The notes under the pieces were generated by a model. The model searched no databases, was not told the DNA's origin, and worked only from the letters and a program-made list of their open reading frames with translations. From Acidobacteriota bacterium (GTDB taxonomy: Bacteria > Acidobacteriota > Thermoanaerobaculia > Gp7-AA8): DNA of 64,000 bases. The position numbers and the translations under genes are program-made. Below are positions 1-12,053 of the stretch, piece by piece. Positions within the stretch are counted from its first letter, which is position 1, and each line of letters starts with the position of its first letter. The stretch is from assembly GCA_019244185.1 (NCBI GenBank), contig JAFATB010000013.1, positions 32,001 through 96,000 on the forward strand, read 5' to 3'.

Positions 1-2315
<2,315 letters not shown>

Positions 2316-2436
2316 GCTGAATGCCGCCATTGTAGCGGCAGGCATGACCTCGGCTCGTGATGGCGCGCACTCCGCGGCGCGTGGGAAGATTTCTTTGATA
2401 TCAAAGCGACGGCGGAGCAAAGTGCACCTCTGCCGG

Positions 2437-4062
2437 ATGGCGAGCGCGACGCGTGCTAGGCTCCGCCGCGTGAGCCCGCGCCTGCTGCTCTCGATCTGGC
2501 TCCTCGTCGTCGCCGCCGCGCTCGCCGTGCACCTCGGCGGCTTCCCGCTGTACGACGCCGACGAGGGGCGCAACGCCGAAGTCGGCCGCGAGATGGCGGA
2601 GACGAACGACTACGTCATGCCGCGCCTCGACGGCTTGCCGTATCTCGACAAGCCGGTCGTCTACTTCGCCGCGGAAGCGGCGGCGATGGAGCTCCTCGGC
2701 CCGACCGAGCTCGCGGCTCGGCTGCCGGCGTATCTCTTCACGCTGGCGACGGCGGCGGTGCTGTTCTGGTTCGCGCGGCGCAGATGGGGAGGCGAAATGC
2801 CGTACCTCGCGGCGATCGTCTTTCTGTCGATGCCGCTGACGATGGCGTTCGCGCGAACCGTGATCTTCGATAGCGCGCTGACGTTCTTCGTCGTCGTCGC
2901 ATTGGTCGCGTTCGACTGCGCGCTCGAGGAGCGGAACGCGCGCTGGTCGTGGCTGGCGTGGGTGTCGATGGGCTTCGCGATGATCACCAAAGGTCCGGTG
3001 ACGTTCGTGCTCGTGCTGTTCGTCGCCATTCCGTACGCGTGGACGAAGCGCAACGTGCGCGTGCTGTTTCCGCCGATCGGACTCGCGCTTTTCGCGCTCG
3101 TCGTCGCGCCGTGGGTGTGGGGCGTGACGCGCGTGGTGCCGGAGTTTCTGCACTACGTGCTCGTCACCGAGACCGCGGAACGCATGGCCACGAAAGCGCT
3201 CAAGCGCACGGGGCCGCCGTGGTACTTCGTGCCGTATCTCATCGGCGGCGCGCTGCCGTGGTCGCTCGTGGCGCTGTTCAGCTGGAAGCGTTTCAAGAAT
3301 CGCGACCTGCTGTTTCTGATTCTCTGGCTGGCGATCCCGTTCGTGTTCTTCTCGATCTCGCAGTCGAAGCGGCCGCAGTACATCCTGCCGCTGATGCCGG
3401 CGCTGGCGCTGCTCGTCGCCCGCATCTGGGACGAGGCGCGCACGCGTGGCGCGGCGATCATCGTGGCAGTGCTCGGCGCGCTGCTCGCGATCGCACCGCT
3501 CTTCGCGCATCGCGCGAAGCTGCAGCCGGAGCTCGCGCCCGTCGTTCCGCGCGTCGCCCTCGTCCTCGGCATCGCGTTTCTCATCGGCGGACTCGTGGCC
3601 GCGTTCGCGAAGCGGCGCGAGCTCGCGTTCATCGCGCTGACGTTGCCGGTGATGGCGATCCCGACCGTCGCGCAGCCGCTGATGCAGGCGATCGGCGTGC
3701 GGCGTTCGGCGAAAGCGTTTGCCGAGCAGCTCGCGCCGAAGCTCGCGCCGTCGACGGAAGTCATCGGCGTCGAGGCGTTCACCGGCTCGATGGCGTTCTA
3801 TCTGCGCCGGCCGGTCGTCGTCGTGACGGAAGACGCGAGCGAGCTGACGAGCAACTATCTGATCCGCCGCTACGCGCAGTTCACGAGCAATCCGGCGTCG
3901 CCGCTGAAGCCGCTGCCGTATTTCGAGCGGAGTCTCGGCGACTGCTGCACGCCGCGCGTGTACGTCGTGCGCAACGACGACCGCGCGCATCAGGCGCTGC
4001 TCGAGGCGCGCGGCTGGCGGCGCGTCGCGGAAGGCGCGCACCACGTCGGCTACGCGCGCTGA
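2437..4062 (+). CDS. ArnT/PMT-family (GT83-like) membrane glycosyltransferase
   Basis: DADEGRNAEVGREM, YLDKPVVYF, TKGPV and KRPQYILP motifs; many TM helices. Start is either ATG 2437 or GTG 2470. Confidence 0.88.
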   Translation: MASATRARLRRVSPRLLLSIWLLVVAAALAVHLGGFPLYDADEGRNAEVGREMAETNDYVMPRLDGLPYLDKPVVYFAAEAAAMELLGPTELAARLPAYLFTLATAAVLFWFARRRWGGEMPYLAAIVFLSMPLTMAFARTVIFDSALTFFVVVALVAFDCALEERNARWSWLAWVSMGFAMITKGPVTFVLVLFVAIPYAWTKRNVRVLFPPIGLALFALVVAPWVWGVTRVVPEFLHYVLVTETAERMATKALKRTGPPWYFVPYLIGGALPWSLVALFSWKRFKNRDLLFLILWLAIPFVFFSISQSKRPQYILPLMPALALLVARIWDEARTRGAAIIVAVLGALLAIAPLFAHRAKLQPELAPVVPRVALVLGIAFLIGGLVAAFAKRRELAFIALTLPVMAIPTVAQPLMQAIGVRRSAKAFAEQLAPKLAPSTEVIGVEAFTGSMAFYLRRPVVVVTEDASELTSNYLIRRYAQFTSNPASPLKPLPYFERSLGDCCTPRVYVVRNDDRAHQALLEARGWRRVAEGAHHVGYAR

Positions 4063-4081
4063 TCCCGTAGAATGCGCGCCA

Positions 4082-5956
4082 GTGTGCGGCATCTACGGAA
4101 TCGTGAGCGGCGCGGAGCTGCGGAACCCGAACGTCGTCGAGGCGATGGGGGAGGCCTTGCGCCACCGCGGCCCCGACGGCCGGGCGGTGCTCGCGCATCC
4201 GAACGCGCGCATCGGCACCGAGCGGCTGCGCATCATCGATCTGCATGAGCGCGCCGACCAGCCGTTCGCATCGCCCGACGGCAGCGTCTGGCTCGAGGCG
4301 AACGGCGAGATCTACAACGCGCACGAGCTGCGCGCGCGGCATCGCGACTATCCGTTCCGCTCGCACTCCGACGTCGAGAGCATCCTTCCGCTGTACCTCG
4401 AGCACGGCACCGACGCCATCGCGATGCTCGACGGCATGTTCGGCCTCGCCATCTGGGACAACCGCACGCGCACGCTGATCCTCGCGCGCGACCGCGCCGG
4501 CGAGAAGCCGCTGTTCTATGCGCGCCGCGGCGCGGAAGTGCTCTTCGCCTCCGAACTGCAATGCCTGCTGCGGCATCCGGACGTCTCGCGCGAGCTCGAT
4601 CGCGCGGCACTCGCGCAGTACCTCGCGCTCGGCTACGTGCCGGAAGACGCGACGCCGTTCGCCGACGTGCGCCGCGTGCCCGCGGGCGCGTTCATGCGCT
4701 TCCGCGACGATGGCAGCGAAGAGACGGTGCGTTACTGGGACGCGTCGCGCTTCGCGATCGCGCCGCGCGGTGCGAACGATGCCGTCGAAGAACTGCGGCA
4801 GCTCGTCGAGAACGCGGTGGCGAAGCAGGTGATGTCGGACGTGCCGGTCGGCGTCTTCATCAGCGGCGGCCTCGACTCGTCGATCCTCGCCACCCTCGCG
4901 TCGAAGAACATCGGCGTCGATCGCGTGCACACGTTTTCGGCGCAGTTCGCCGAAGCGTCGTACGACGAAAGCGGCGACGCGGCCGAGTTCGCGCGGCAGA
5001 TCCGCACGAAACACGTGCCGGTGCGCACGGATGAAGAGACACTGCGCGAGGCGCTGACGAACGTCACCACGCGCATCGCCGAACCGCTCGCCGATCCCGC
5101 GATCCTGCCGACGTTCCTCCTCGCGCGCGCGGCGCGCGAGCACGTGAAGGTGATCCTCAGCGGCGAAGGCGCCGACGAGCTCTTCGGCGGCTACCCGACC
5201 TACCTCGGCCACAAGATCGCGCCGAAGTACGACGCGCTGCCGTCGTTCGCGCGCGCGGGGCTGCGCCGGCTCGCGTACGCGATTCCGCCGTCGGGCAAGA
5301 AAGTCACGCTCGAGTTCCTGCTCAAGAAGTTCGTCGGCGACGCGGAGCGGCCGTGGATCGAGCGGCATCTGAACTGGTTCGGCAGCGGGCTCTCGCCGCG
5401 CGTGCACGCGACGCCCGAGGGCGCCGCGGCCGCGTCCGCCGCGCGGCTCGCGTCACTCTTTCTGCCCGACTACGCGTCGCGCGATCCGCTCGCGGCGGCG
5501 ATGCTGCTCGACTACCGCAGCTATCTGCGCGACAACCTCCTCGTGAAAGTCGACCGCGCGACGATGCTCTCGTCCGTGGAAGCGCGCGCGCCGTTCCTCG
5601 ACCGCTTCGTGAGCGCGTTTGCGCTGTCGCTGCCCGCCGACCTGCGCGTGCGGCGGCTCACGACGAAGTGGGTGCTGAAGAAAGCGGCCGAGAAGTGGCT
5701 GCCGAAGGACGTGATCTATCGCCGCAAACGCGGGCTGAGCGTTCCCGTGGCGTCATGGATCAATCGCGGTCTCGCGAGTGAAGTGGATCGTCTGCTCGCG
5801 CCGGAACGTCTGCGCGCGCAGGGCCTGGTCGACGCGCAGTTCGTCACGGAGCTGCTCGCGGCACATCGCAGCGGACGCGCGAACTTCGCGAAAGCGCTCT
5901 GGACGTTGATCGTGCTGCAGTACTGGATCGAGAACTGGGGGGGAGAGAAAAGCTGA
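4082..5956 (+). CDS. asnB: asparagine synthase (glutamine-hydrolysing)-family amidotransferase
   Basis: N-terminal MCGIYG (Ntn Cys), HRGPD, NGEIYN, SGGLDSS, LSGEGADELFGGY. Confidence 0.92.
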   Translation: MCGIYGIVSGAELRNPNVVEAMGEALRHRGPDGRAVLAHPNARIGTERLRIIDLHERADQPFASPDGSVWLEANGEIYNAHELRARHRDYPFRSHSDVESILPLYLEHGTDAIAMLDGMFGLAIWDNRTRTLILARDRAGEKPLFYARRGAEVLFASELQCLLRHPDVSRELDRAALAQYLALGYVPEDATPFADVRRVPAGAFMRFRDDGSEETVRYWDASRFAIAPRGANDAVEELRQLVENAVAKQVMSDVPVGVFISGGLDSSILATLASKNIGVDRVHTFSAQFAEASYDESGDAAEFARQIRTKHVPVRTDEETLREALTNVTTRIAEPLADPAILPTFLLARAAREHVKVILSGEGADELFGGYPTYLGHKIAPKYDALPSFARAGLRRLAYAIPPSGKKVTLEFLLKKFVGDAERPWIERHLNWFGSGLSPRVHATPEGAAAASAARLASLFLPDYASRDPLAAAMLLDYRSYLRDNLLVKVDRATMLSSVEARAPFLDRFVSAFALSLPADLRVRRLTTKWVLKKAAEKWLPKDVIYRRKRGLSVPVASWINRGLASEVDRLLAPERLRAQGLVDAQFVTELLAAHRSGRANFAKALWTLIVLQYWIENWGGEKS

Positions 5957-6063
5957 ATGAAGAACGCAGAACGCAGAATGAAGAATTCAGAAAGCGCTCC
6001 GCGCCTTCGTGCTCCTTTCTGAATTCTTCATTCTGCGTTCTGCGTTCTTCATTCAGCTTTTCT
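5946..6063. repeat. heptamer-based palindromic element, copy 1 (perfect 49-bp inverted repeat, 20-nt loop)
   Basis: Arm 5946-5994 (agaaaagctgaatgaagaacgcagaacgcagaatgaagaattcagaaag) is the exact reverse complement of 6015-6063. It lies between convergent genes, so it may act as a terminator. Confidence 0.95.
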
Positions 6064-6067
6064 GTGC

Positions 6068-6490
6068 TCAGTGCTCGGTCATTGCCGGCCGTTCCGGCGG
6101 TCGATCCAGTGAGAGAAACCCGGCGACGCAGAGACTGACGATGCTGCCGAGGTCGGCCACTTCGAACGGCTTGCGCAGGACGCCGGAGACGATCGTCGGA
6201 TCGACTTCCTTGAACTTCTGGTCGGCGTACGCGGTCACGACGAGCACGACCGGCTTGCGCGACTGTGGATGTTCGCGGAGATACTCGACGACGCCGAAGC
6301 CGTCGACGCGCGGCATCATGAGATCGAGCAGGATGACGGCGTACTCGTGCTGCTGCAGTTTCTCGATCGCGTCGGCGCCGTCGCACGCGGCATCGATCTC
6401 GATACCCTCGCGGCGGACGATCATCGACACGAGCTGCCGGATCGACTGATCGTCGTCGGCTACCAGGACTTTCCGGAGAGGTTGAGCCAT
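6068..6490 (-). CDS. stand-alone response regulator receiver protein (CheY-like)
   Basis: VLVADDD, LLDLMMPRVDG, VTAY and RKPF motifs; ATG at 6490. Confidence 0.9.
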   Translation of the reverse strand: MAQPLRKVLVADDDQSIRQLVSMIVRREGIEIDAACDGADAIEKLQQHEYAVILLDLMMPRVDGFGVVEYLREHPQSRKPVVLVVTAYADQKFKEVDPTIVSGVLRKPFEVADLGSIVSLCVAGFLSLDRPPERPAMTEH

Positions 6491-6558
6491 GCTGACCACC
6501 TTGTATTCCAAACGGTGTGCCAGCGCGCGGCGCCGCTAACTGTCACCAAATGTGACGG

Positions 6559-7089
6559 TTAGAGTCCCAGCGTTTCGACCGAACGGACCACCCAGCCGCC
6601 GTTCCGCGGGAGCAGCGTGATCCAGAACCAGGAGGGGTGCTGGCCGCCGAGGGAGACGCGCGCGAAGACGCCGGCCTCGTTCGGGATGAACGGATTCACG
6701 ACCGGCGCGGAGAGCTCGAGGATCATCTGATCGAAGTCGCGTCGCGTGTCGAGGCGATCGCGCGGCGACCACTCGCAGTCGCCGCTGAGCGGCACGGGCA
6801 GTTTGCGTTCTGCTTGCTCGACCGCGGCGTTCGCGCGCGCGGGATCGGCGGCGCGTCTGCGATAGAGCGACGACAGCGCGACGAGCGCCGGCGTCGAGAC
6901 GATCGGCTGTGTCGTGCGCACGACCGCGAGCGGCGCGCCGCTGGCCATGCCTTCGGCCTGCAGCCTTTGACAGAGCGCCTGCATCACGACGTCGGGCACG
7001 GCGTCGGGCGCGAGCGGCATTTGCGTTTGGGGTTGGGGCCGGGACGCGCAGGCGGCGACGAGCAGCAAGGCAACGACAGTCAGTCTCAA
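6559..7089 (-). CDS. hypothetical lipoprotein
   Basis: TTG start overlaps the helicase stop; signal peptide with lipobox LVAAC. Confidence 0.7.
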   Translation of the reverse strand: MRLTVVALLLVAACASRPQPQTQMPLAPDAVPDVVMQALCQRLQAEGMASGAPLAVVRTTQPIVSTPALVALSSLYRRRAADPARANAAVEQAERKLPVPLSGDCEWSPRDRLDTRRDFDQMILELSAPVVNPFIPNEAGVFARVSLGGQHPSWFWITLLPRNGGWVVRSVETLGL

Positions 7090-9536
7090 AACAGCATCCT
7101 CAATTGCGGTGTCGCTTTCGCTTCGAAGAACGAGCGGATCTCGCTGGCCGGTTTCTTCGACACCAGCTCGCGCGGCGACTCCTCGTACCAGTCGGTGGGA
7201 AAGTATCGCGTGTAGGTCTCCTGCGTGAAGCGCTTGCAGAGCAGCGCGATGACGCCGATGTCGGTCTCGCTGCGGATCACGCGTCCCGCGCTCTGCACGA
7301 CGCGCGTCATGCCGGGGATGAGATACGCGAACTCGAAGCCCGCGCCGTATTGTTCGTCGTAATACTGCTTGAGCAGCTCCTGCTCGAAGCTCACCTGCGG
7401 CAGCGCGGGGCCGACGACCATCACGCCGGAGAGCATGTCGCCCTGGTAGTCGATCCCTTCCGCGTACATGCCGCCGGACACCGCGAGGATGAGGTTTCCT
7501 TTGCGCGGCCGGTCGCGCAGGATCTCCAGGATCGCGTTGCGCTCGTAGTCGGTCATGTCGGTACGCTGCACCATGACGTTCTTCTGCGTCGGCGGCATGC
7601 GGTCGACGATCTCGCGCAGGAACGCGTAGCTCGGAAAGAGCGCGAGGAAGTTGCCGTTGCCGGCGTCGGCGATGTCGGCCACCGTCTCCGCGATGCGGTC
7701 GAAATGCTCGGCGCGGCGCTTGTACGTCGTGTCGACTTCGGGCACGACCACGATCTTGCGGTTCGTGCGCGGGAACGGCGACGCGACCGCGAGCTCCGCC
7801 GTGCGCTGCTGCGGAAAGCCGAGCGTCTTGCGATAGAAGTCGAACGGCTCGAGCGTCGCCGAGAGCGCCACCGTCGCGTGCGCGGAATCGAAGATCTGCC
7901 CGAGGAACCGCGAGGGATCCTTGCAGAAGATCTTCAGTTTGAGGCCGTCACTTCCATCCTTCGACTGCGTCCGCTCGATGAGATGCGCGAACTCGTCGCC
8001 TTCTTCCGCGAGCAGGTTCGTGAACTTCACGAGCTTGAAGTAGAAGTCGATCAGCGGGTCGTCTTCCTCGGCGATCCGGTTGTCGATCTTCCAGCCGATG
8101 TACTCGAGGACGATGCGCTCCCACTCCACGCGCTGCTCGAGGAACAGCTCGCGCGACGGCGAGCAGAGCGCCTGCTTCACGTCGTCTTCGAGCACGTCCG
8201 CGAGCTCGAGGAAATGCGCGCGCAGGATCTCCAGCAGGTCTTCCCATCCTTCGATCCAGCAGTTGCGCGACATCATCAGACGCTTGATCTCGTCGAACTG
8301 CGACTCGTGCAGCTCCGGCGAGTAGTAGCCGCGGCCGCGGTCGACGAGGTTGTGCGCCTCGTCGACGACCAGCACGCAATCGCCGTAGTCGTTCTCCTGC
8401 GAATACGCCTTCAAGCCGACGTACGGATCGAAGATGTAGTTGTAGTCGCAGACGATCACGTCGGCCTGTTCGATGAGCTCGAGCGACACCTCGAACGGGC
8501 ACACCTCGGACTCGCGCGCGAGCTCGAAGGTGATGTCGGGATCGAAGTAGCTCATCGCCGTCACGAGGTGCGTGAGCAGGCCGCTCTGCTGCATTTTCTC
8601 GCCGTACTTCGCGGCGAACGGGCAGAAGTCCTCGTGGCAGATCATCTCCGTGTGCGCGCACATCTTCTGTTTGCTGCGGATGCGCAGCACGCGGAACGAG
8701 CCGTCGTTGAGCATGCGCAGCGCGGCCACGGCCGCTTCCTGCTGCAGCGTCTTCGACGTGAGGAAGAACAGCTTCTTGCCGAGCTTCAGCGACTGGCGGA
8801 TCGCGGGATAGAGCACGGCCATCGTCTTGCCGATGCCGGTCGGCGCGGAGATCAGGAGCGCGTCGCGTTGCCAGATGCCGCGCGCGACGGCGGAGACGAT
8901 CTCGTCCTGCCCGGGACGCATGCCGTCGAACGGAAACTGGAGCGCGCTCGCGAAGGCCTGCTTCGCCGCGCGCAGAGCCGCCGCGGTCTCGAGGTTCTCG
9001 ACGAGCTTGGCGAGACTGGCCTCGAGCGTCTCGCGCATGCGCGCGCGGTCGAACTCCGCGTCGACGAGCTTCGTGTCGCCGGAGACGAGATCGATGAGCA
9101 CGAGCTGGGGCGCGAAGACGAAGTCCGCGAAGTCGGGCTGCTCGCAGAGAAAGTACGCGTAGAGCAGCAGCTGGTAGAGATGCCGCTGCAGTTTTTCGGA
9201 GCGATAGAGCGCCTCGAGCTCGAGGTCGAAGTGCAGCGACTTCACTTCCTCGATCGAGACGCGCTTCGCGTCCTTGTCGACGGACAGGCCGTCGATACGT
9301 CCGGTGATGGTGACGCTCCAGCCGCCGATCGTGGTGCGGTGGACGACGTGGACTTCGGCGCGGTAGTGCGGGTCTTCGTTCGCGCGCAGCTCGGCGCGGC
9401 GCGTATGGATGTCCTGGCCGATCCACATGCGCCGGAAGCCGTCGCCGCGCTCGACGCCGATGCGGCGATAGGTCGACTCGTGCACGAGATCGCCGACCGA
9501 GCAGACGATCTCCCGTTTTTCGTAGTCGACGCGCAT
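7086..9536 (-). CDS. XPD/DinG (Rad3)-family Fe-S DNA helicase with N-terminal PD-(D/E)XK (Cas4-like) nuclease domain
   Basis: Nuclease motif GRIDG...IEEVKS; Walker A APTGIGKT; Fe-S cysteines KMC...CHEDFCPF...VCPF; VVDEAHNL; LSATL; QSAGRVIRS. Confidence 0.9.
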   Translation of the reverse strand: MRVDYEKREIVCSVGDLVHESTYRRIGVERGDGFRRMWIGQDIHTRRAELRANEDPHYRAEVHVVHRTTIGGWSVTITGRIDGLSVDKDAKRVSIEEVKSLHFDLELEALYRSEKLQRHLYQLLLYAYFLCEQPDFADFVFAPQLVLIDLVSGDTKLVDAEFDRARMRETLEASLAKLVENLETAAALRAAKQAFASALQFPFDGMRPGQDEIVSAVARGIWQRDALLISAPTGIGKTMAVLYPAIRQSLKLGKKLFFLTSKTLQQEAAVAALRMLNDGSFRVLRIRSKQKMCAHTEMICHEDFCPFAAKYGEKMQQSGLLTHLVTAMSYFDPDITFELARESEVCPFEVSLELIEQADVIVCDYNYIFDPYVGLKAYSQENDYGDCVLVVDEAHNLVDRGRGYYSPELHESQFDEIKRLMMSRNCWIEGWEDLLEILRAHFLELADVLEDDVKQALCSPSRELFLEQRVEWERIVLEYIGWKIDNRIAEEDDPLIDFYFKLVKFTNLLAEEGDEFAHLIERTQSKDGSDGLKLKIFCKDPSRFLGQIFDSAHATVALSATLEPFDFYRKTLGFPQQRTAELAVASPFPRTNRKIVVVPEVDTTYKRRAEHFDRIAETVADIADAGNGNFLALFPSYAFLREIVDRMPPTQKNVMVQRTDMTDYERNAILEILRDRPRKGNLILAVSGGMYAEGIDYQGDMLSGVMVVGPALPQVSFEQELLKQYYDEQYGAGFEFAYLIPGMTRVVQSAGRVIRSETDIGVIALLCKRFTQETYTRYFPTDWYEESPRELVSKKPASEIRSFFEAKATPQLRMLF

Positions 9537-9548
9537 TCAGCGGTTATT

Positions 9549-11900
9549 TTAAAGCTTCTCCACCTCTTCCCCGAGCAAATACGCGTCGTATTCGCCGCCG
9601 TCGCGATATGGCGCGAAGGCGAGGTCGGGGATGAGCGTCTGCAGCGACAGCCGGTCGTACAGCTCGCGCACGCTCTGCTTGCGGTCGGCGAGGATTTCGG
9701 CGGTCAACTCGCCGCGTAACGCGAAGAGGCGCTGGAAGTCGCCGCGCGGCATGCGCAGCGGGCGGCGGACGTCGTCGGAGCGCGGGTCCCATTCGCCGAT
9801 GAGCACTTCGTCCTCGACGTCGTTCGAGCGCGCGCGCACGCAGATGACGATCTCGGATTGCAGCGCCTGCTCGCTCGTCGTCGTGTCGATGCTCGTCGCC
9901 GCGCGCCACGCGCCGGACGACGAGAGCTCCTGCTGCAGATGGAAGTCGTGGCGCAGCAGCGTGACCAGCGACTCGGACGAATCGAGCGGCACGACTTCAT
10001 CGACCTCGCCGCTGCTGAACGGCGCGATCTCGGCGACCTCGATCTTGTCGAGACCTTTGAGCGCGGTCATGCCGAGAAGGCGCATGCCGAGGAGCTCGAC
10101 GCCGGGGATCGCCGGCGCGAAGGCGATGTAGTTGCCGTACGCGGTGCGCAAACGCGAGAGCGGCTGGGCCTCGTTCGCGAGTTCGTTCGACAGCTCCTGC
10201 AGCAGCGCCATCGACGCGACGATGCCTTCGTTGACGAGATGCCCGTTGCCGTCGAGGTACGCGTAGAACTCGCGCGCGTGCTGCGTCTTGTCGATGACGT
10301 CGACGCCGCGCGCGAGCGGCGCGAAGAACTGCTGCACCTTCGCCGCGTCGTAGCCGTGCGCGACGAGGAAGCCGCCGATCTCCTCGATCTCGCGATTCGA
10401 CTTACCCGTCGTCAGGCGCGAGAGCTCGACGATGCCGAGGCCGTAGAACTCCGTGATGCGGTCGCCGGTGTCGGATGCGGCCTTGAGCGGCAGCAGGCGG
10501 TAGTAGCCGTAGTTGAGCGCGATGCGCAGCCCTTTGTTGAAGGCGAAGCCTTTGCGCTTCATCTCGGAGTAGAAGCGCTGGATCTCGACGGCGGCGCGGA
10601 TGAGGCGCAGCGCGCGGCGCGTCGTGTAGAACGCGCCATCGCCGAGGAACTTTTCGAATTGCAAAAGGTGCCGCTGCGCGATCGTTTCGAGATGGCGCTG
10701 GAAGAGCAGCATCTGGCGATACGAGCGGATCTCTTCCTTGCCGCCGCCGCGGCGGATGTTGCCGAGCGTCTCGGAGAACGCCGAGATGTCGTAGATCATC
10801 CCGAAGCGGTGCACGGTCGGATCGACGACGCCGGGCCGGCCGAAGTCCATCGGACGCGTGGAGCGCGACCAGATGGCGCCGTACCGCCGGTCGGCGGAGA
10901 CGATCTGGCCGTCGGGCTGCGCCGCCATCCAGACGATGCCGCGGCGCAGTTGATTGAGCACCGCGAACTCGCGCAGGCGCCGCGCGATCAGCTGGAACTG
11001 CTCGCGCTCCTCGCGCGTGATCGCGTTCTGCGCCGCGGGATGTTCGAAGAAAAACGCGTGGAAGCGCGGATCGAGCAGCAGTGCGAGCGGCACGCCTTGT
11101 TCCGCGGAGACGCCGAAGAGCGGGATCGCGGCGCGGAAGCTGCGGTCGCGTTGCAGCAGCTCCGCGGCGGTCGTGCGCATCCGCTCGAAGCAGTCGCGGA
11201 AGCTCTGGAAGTCGCGGCGCAGGTAGCCGTTCAGGAACGACCGCAGCTCGCGCAGATCGGGTCCGATGAATTCTTCGGAGAGGATCAACACGTCGTCCTG
11301 CAGCAGGCGCACGAACGCCAGTCCGCGCTGTTCCTCGCCTTCGAGCAGCGGCGCGGCTTTCGCGGCGAGCTGCGTCATCTGCTCGCGCGTCTCCGACACC
11401 CAGCGCCCCACGATGCGGTACTTCAGCGTGTCGCCGAGCGCGCGTCCGGCTTGCGTGTCGACGGCGGAGACGCGGCGCGGGATCGCGGAGAAATGCCGCG
11501 CGAGGTCGAGCGAATGCGCGAGCCAGAAGACGGCGTGGTAGTCGTTGACGAGGTTCGAGAGCAGCGCGTTCTCGGCCGCTTTCATGAGCGAGCCGATGTA
11601 GACGTTCAGCGCGAGCTGCGCTTTCTCTTTCGCCTCCGCCGCGCGGTTCACCTGCCACCCCGTTTCGTCGGCGAGCCATCGTTCGAGCTTGTTCTCAAGG
11701 TCCTTGAGGACGGCCGATTCCGCGACCGGAAAGCCGAGGATCGGCGGCTGCGTCTCGTCGGCGGGAAAGATCTTGAACGGCTGCGGCAACAGCCCCTCGT
11801 GCTTCGCGAACAACTCGCGCAGCGAGCGCTCGAGATCGGTCGCCAGGAGAAACGTGGCGGCGTCCGGACGCTGGGCGAGGTAGTTGGAGAGAGCACGCAT
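9549..11900 (-). CDS. hypothetical 783-aa protein with a central class III nucleotide cyclase-like domain
   Basis: IYDISAFS, EKFLGDG, LRIALNYG and FYGLGIVELSRL resemble adenylate/guanylate cyclase motifs; codon usage is coding-like. Confidence 0.65.
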   Translation of the reverse strand: MRALSNYLAQRPDAATFLLATDLERSLRELFAKHEGLLPQPFKIFPADETQPPILGFPVAESAVLKDLENKLERWLADETGWQVNRAAEAKEKAQLALNVYIGSLMKAAENALLSNLVNDYHAVFWLAHSLDLARHFSAIPRRVSAVDTQAGRALGDTLKYRIVGRWVSETREQMTQLAAKAAPLLEGEEQRGLAFVRLLQDDVLILSEEFIGPDLRELRSFLNGYLRRDFQSFRDCFERMRTTAAELLQRDRSFRAAIPLFGVSAEQGVPLALLLDPRFHAFFFEHPAAQNAITREEREQFQLIARRLREFAVLNQLRRGIVWMAAQPDGQIVSADRRYGAIWSRSTRPMDFGRPGVVDPTVHRFGMIYDISAFSETLGNIRRGGGKEEIRSYRQMLLFQRHLETIAQRHLLQFEKFLGDGAFYTTRRALRLIRAAVEIQRFYSEMKRKGFAFNKGLRIALNYGYYRLLPLKAASDTGDRITEFYGLGIVELSRLTTGKSNREIEEIGGFLVAHGYDAAKVQQFFAPLARGVDVIDKTQHAREFYAYLDGNGHLVNEGIVASMALLQELSNELANEAQPLSRLRTAYGNYIAFAPAIPGVELLGMRLLGMTALKGLDKIEVAEIAPFSSGEVDEVVPLDSSESLVTLLRHDFHLQQELSSSGAWRAATSIDTTTSEQALQSEIVICVRARSNDVEDEVLIGEWDPRSDDVRRPLRMPRGDFQRLFALRGELTAEILADRKQSVRELYDRLSLQTLIPDLAFAPYRDGGEYDAYLLGEEVEKL

Positions 11901-11921
11901 GACGATTGAGAGGCGAAGTAT

Positions 11922-12036
11922 AAAAGCTGAATGAAGAACGCAGAACGCAGAACGCAGAATTGAGAAAGGGGAACGACCGTGGGTTCTCTCCTTCTCAATT
12001 CTTCATTCTGCGTTCTGCGTTCTTCATTCGTCTTTT
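11922..12036. repeat. heptamer-based palindromic element, copy 2
   Basis: aaaagctgaatgaagaacgcagaacgcagaacgcagaattgagaaagg ... ccttctcaattcttcattctgcgttctgcgttcttcattcgtctttt; lies between divergent genes. Confidence 0.93.
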
Positions 12037-12053
12037 CGCCTAAACTCTCCCCA

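Noticed and set aside
5946-6063. Heptamer repeats as a CRISPR array
   Set aside because: They are inverted arms of tandem 7-mers at dispersed sites, not direct repeats with unique spacers; no cas operon is present.
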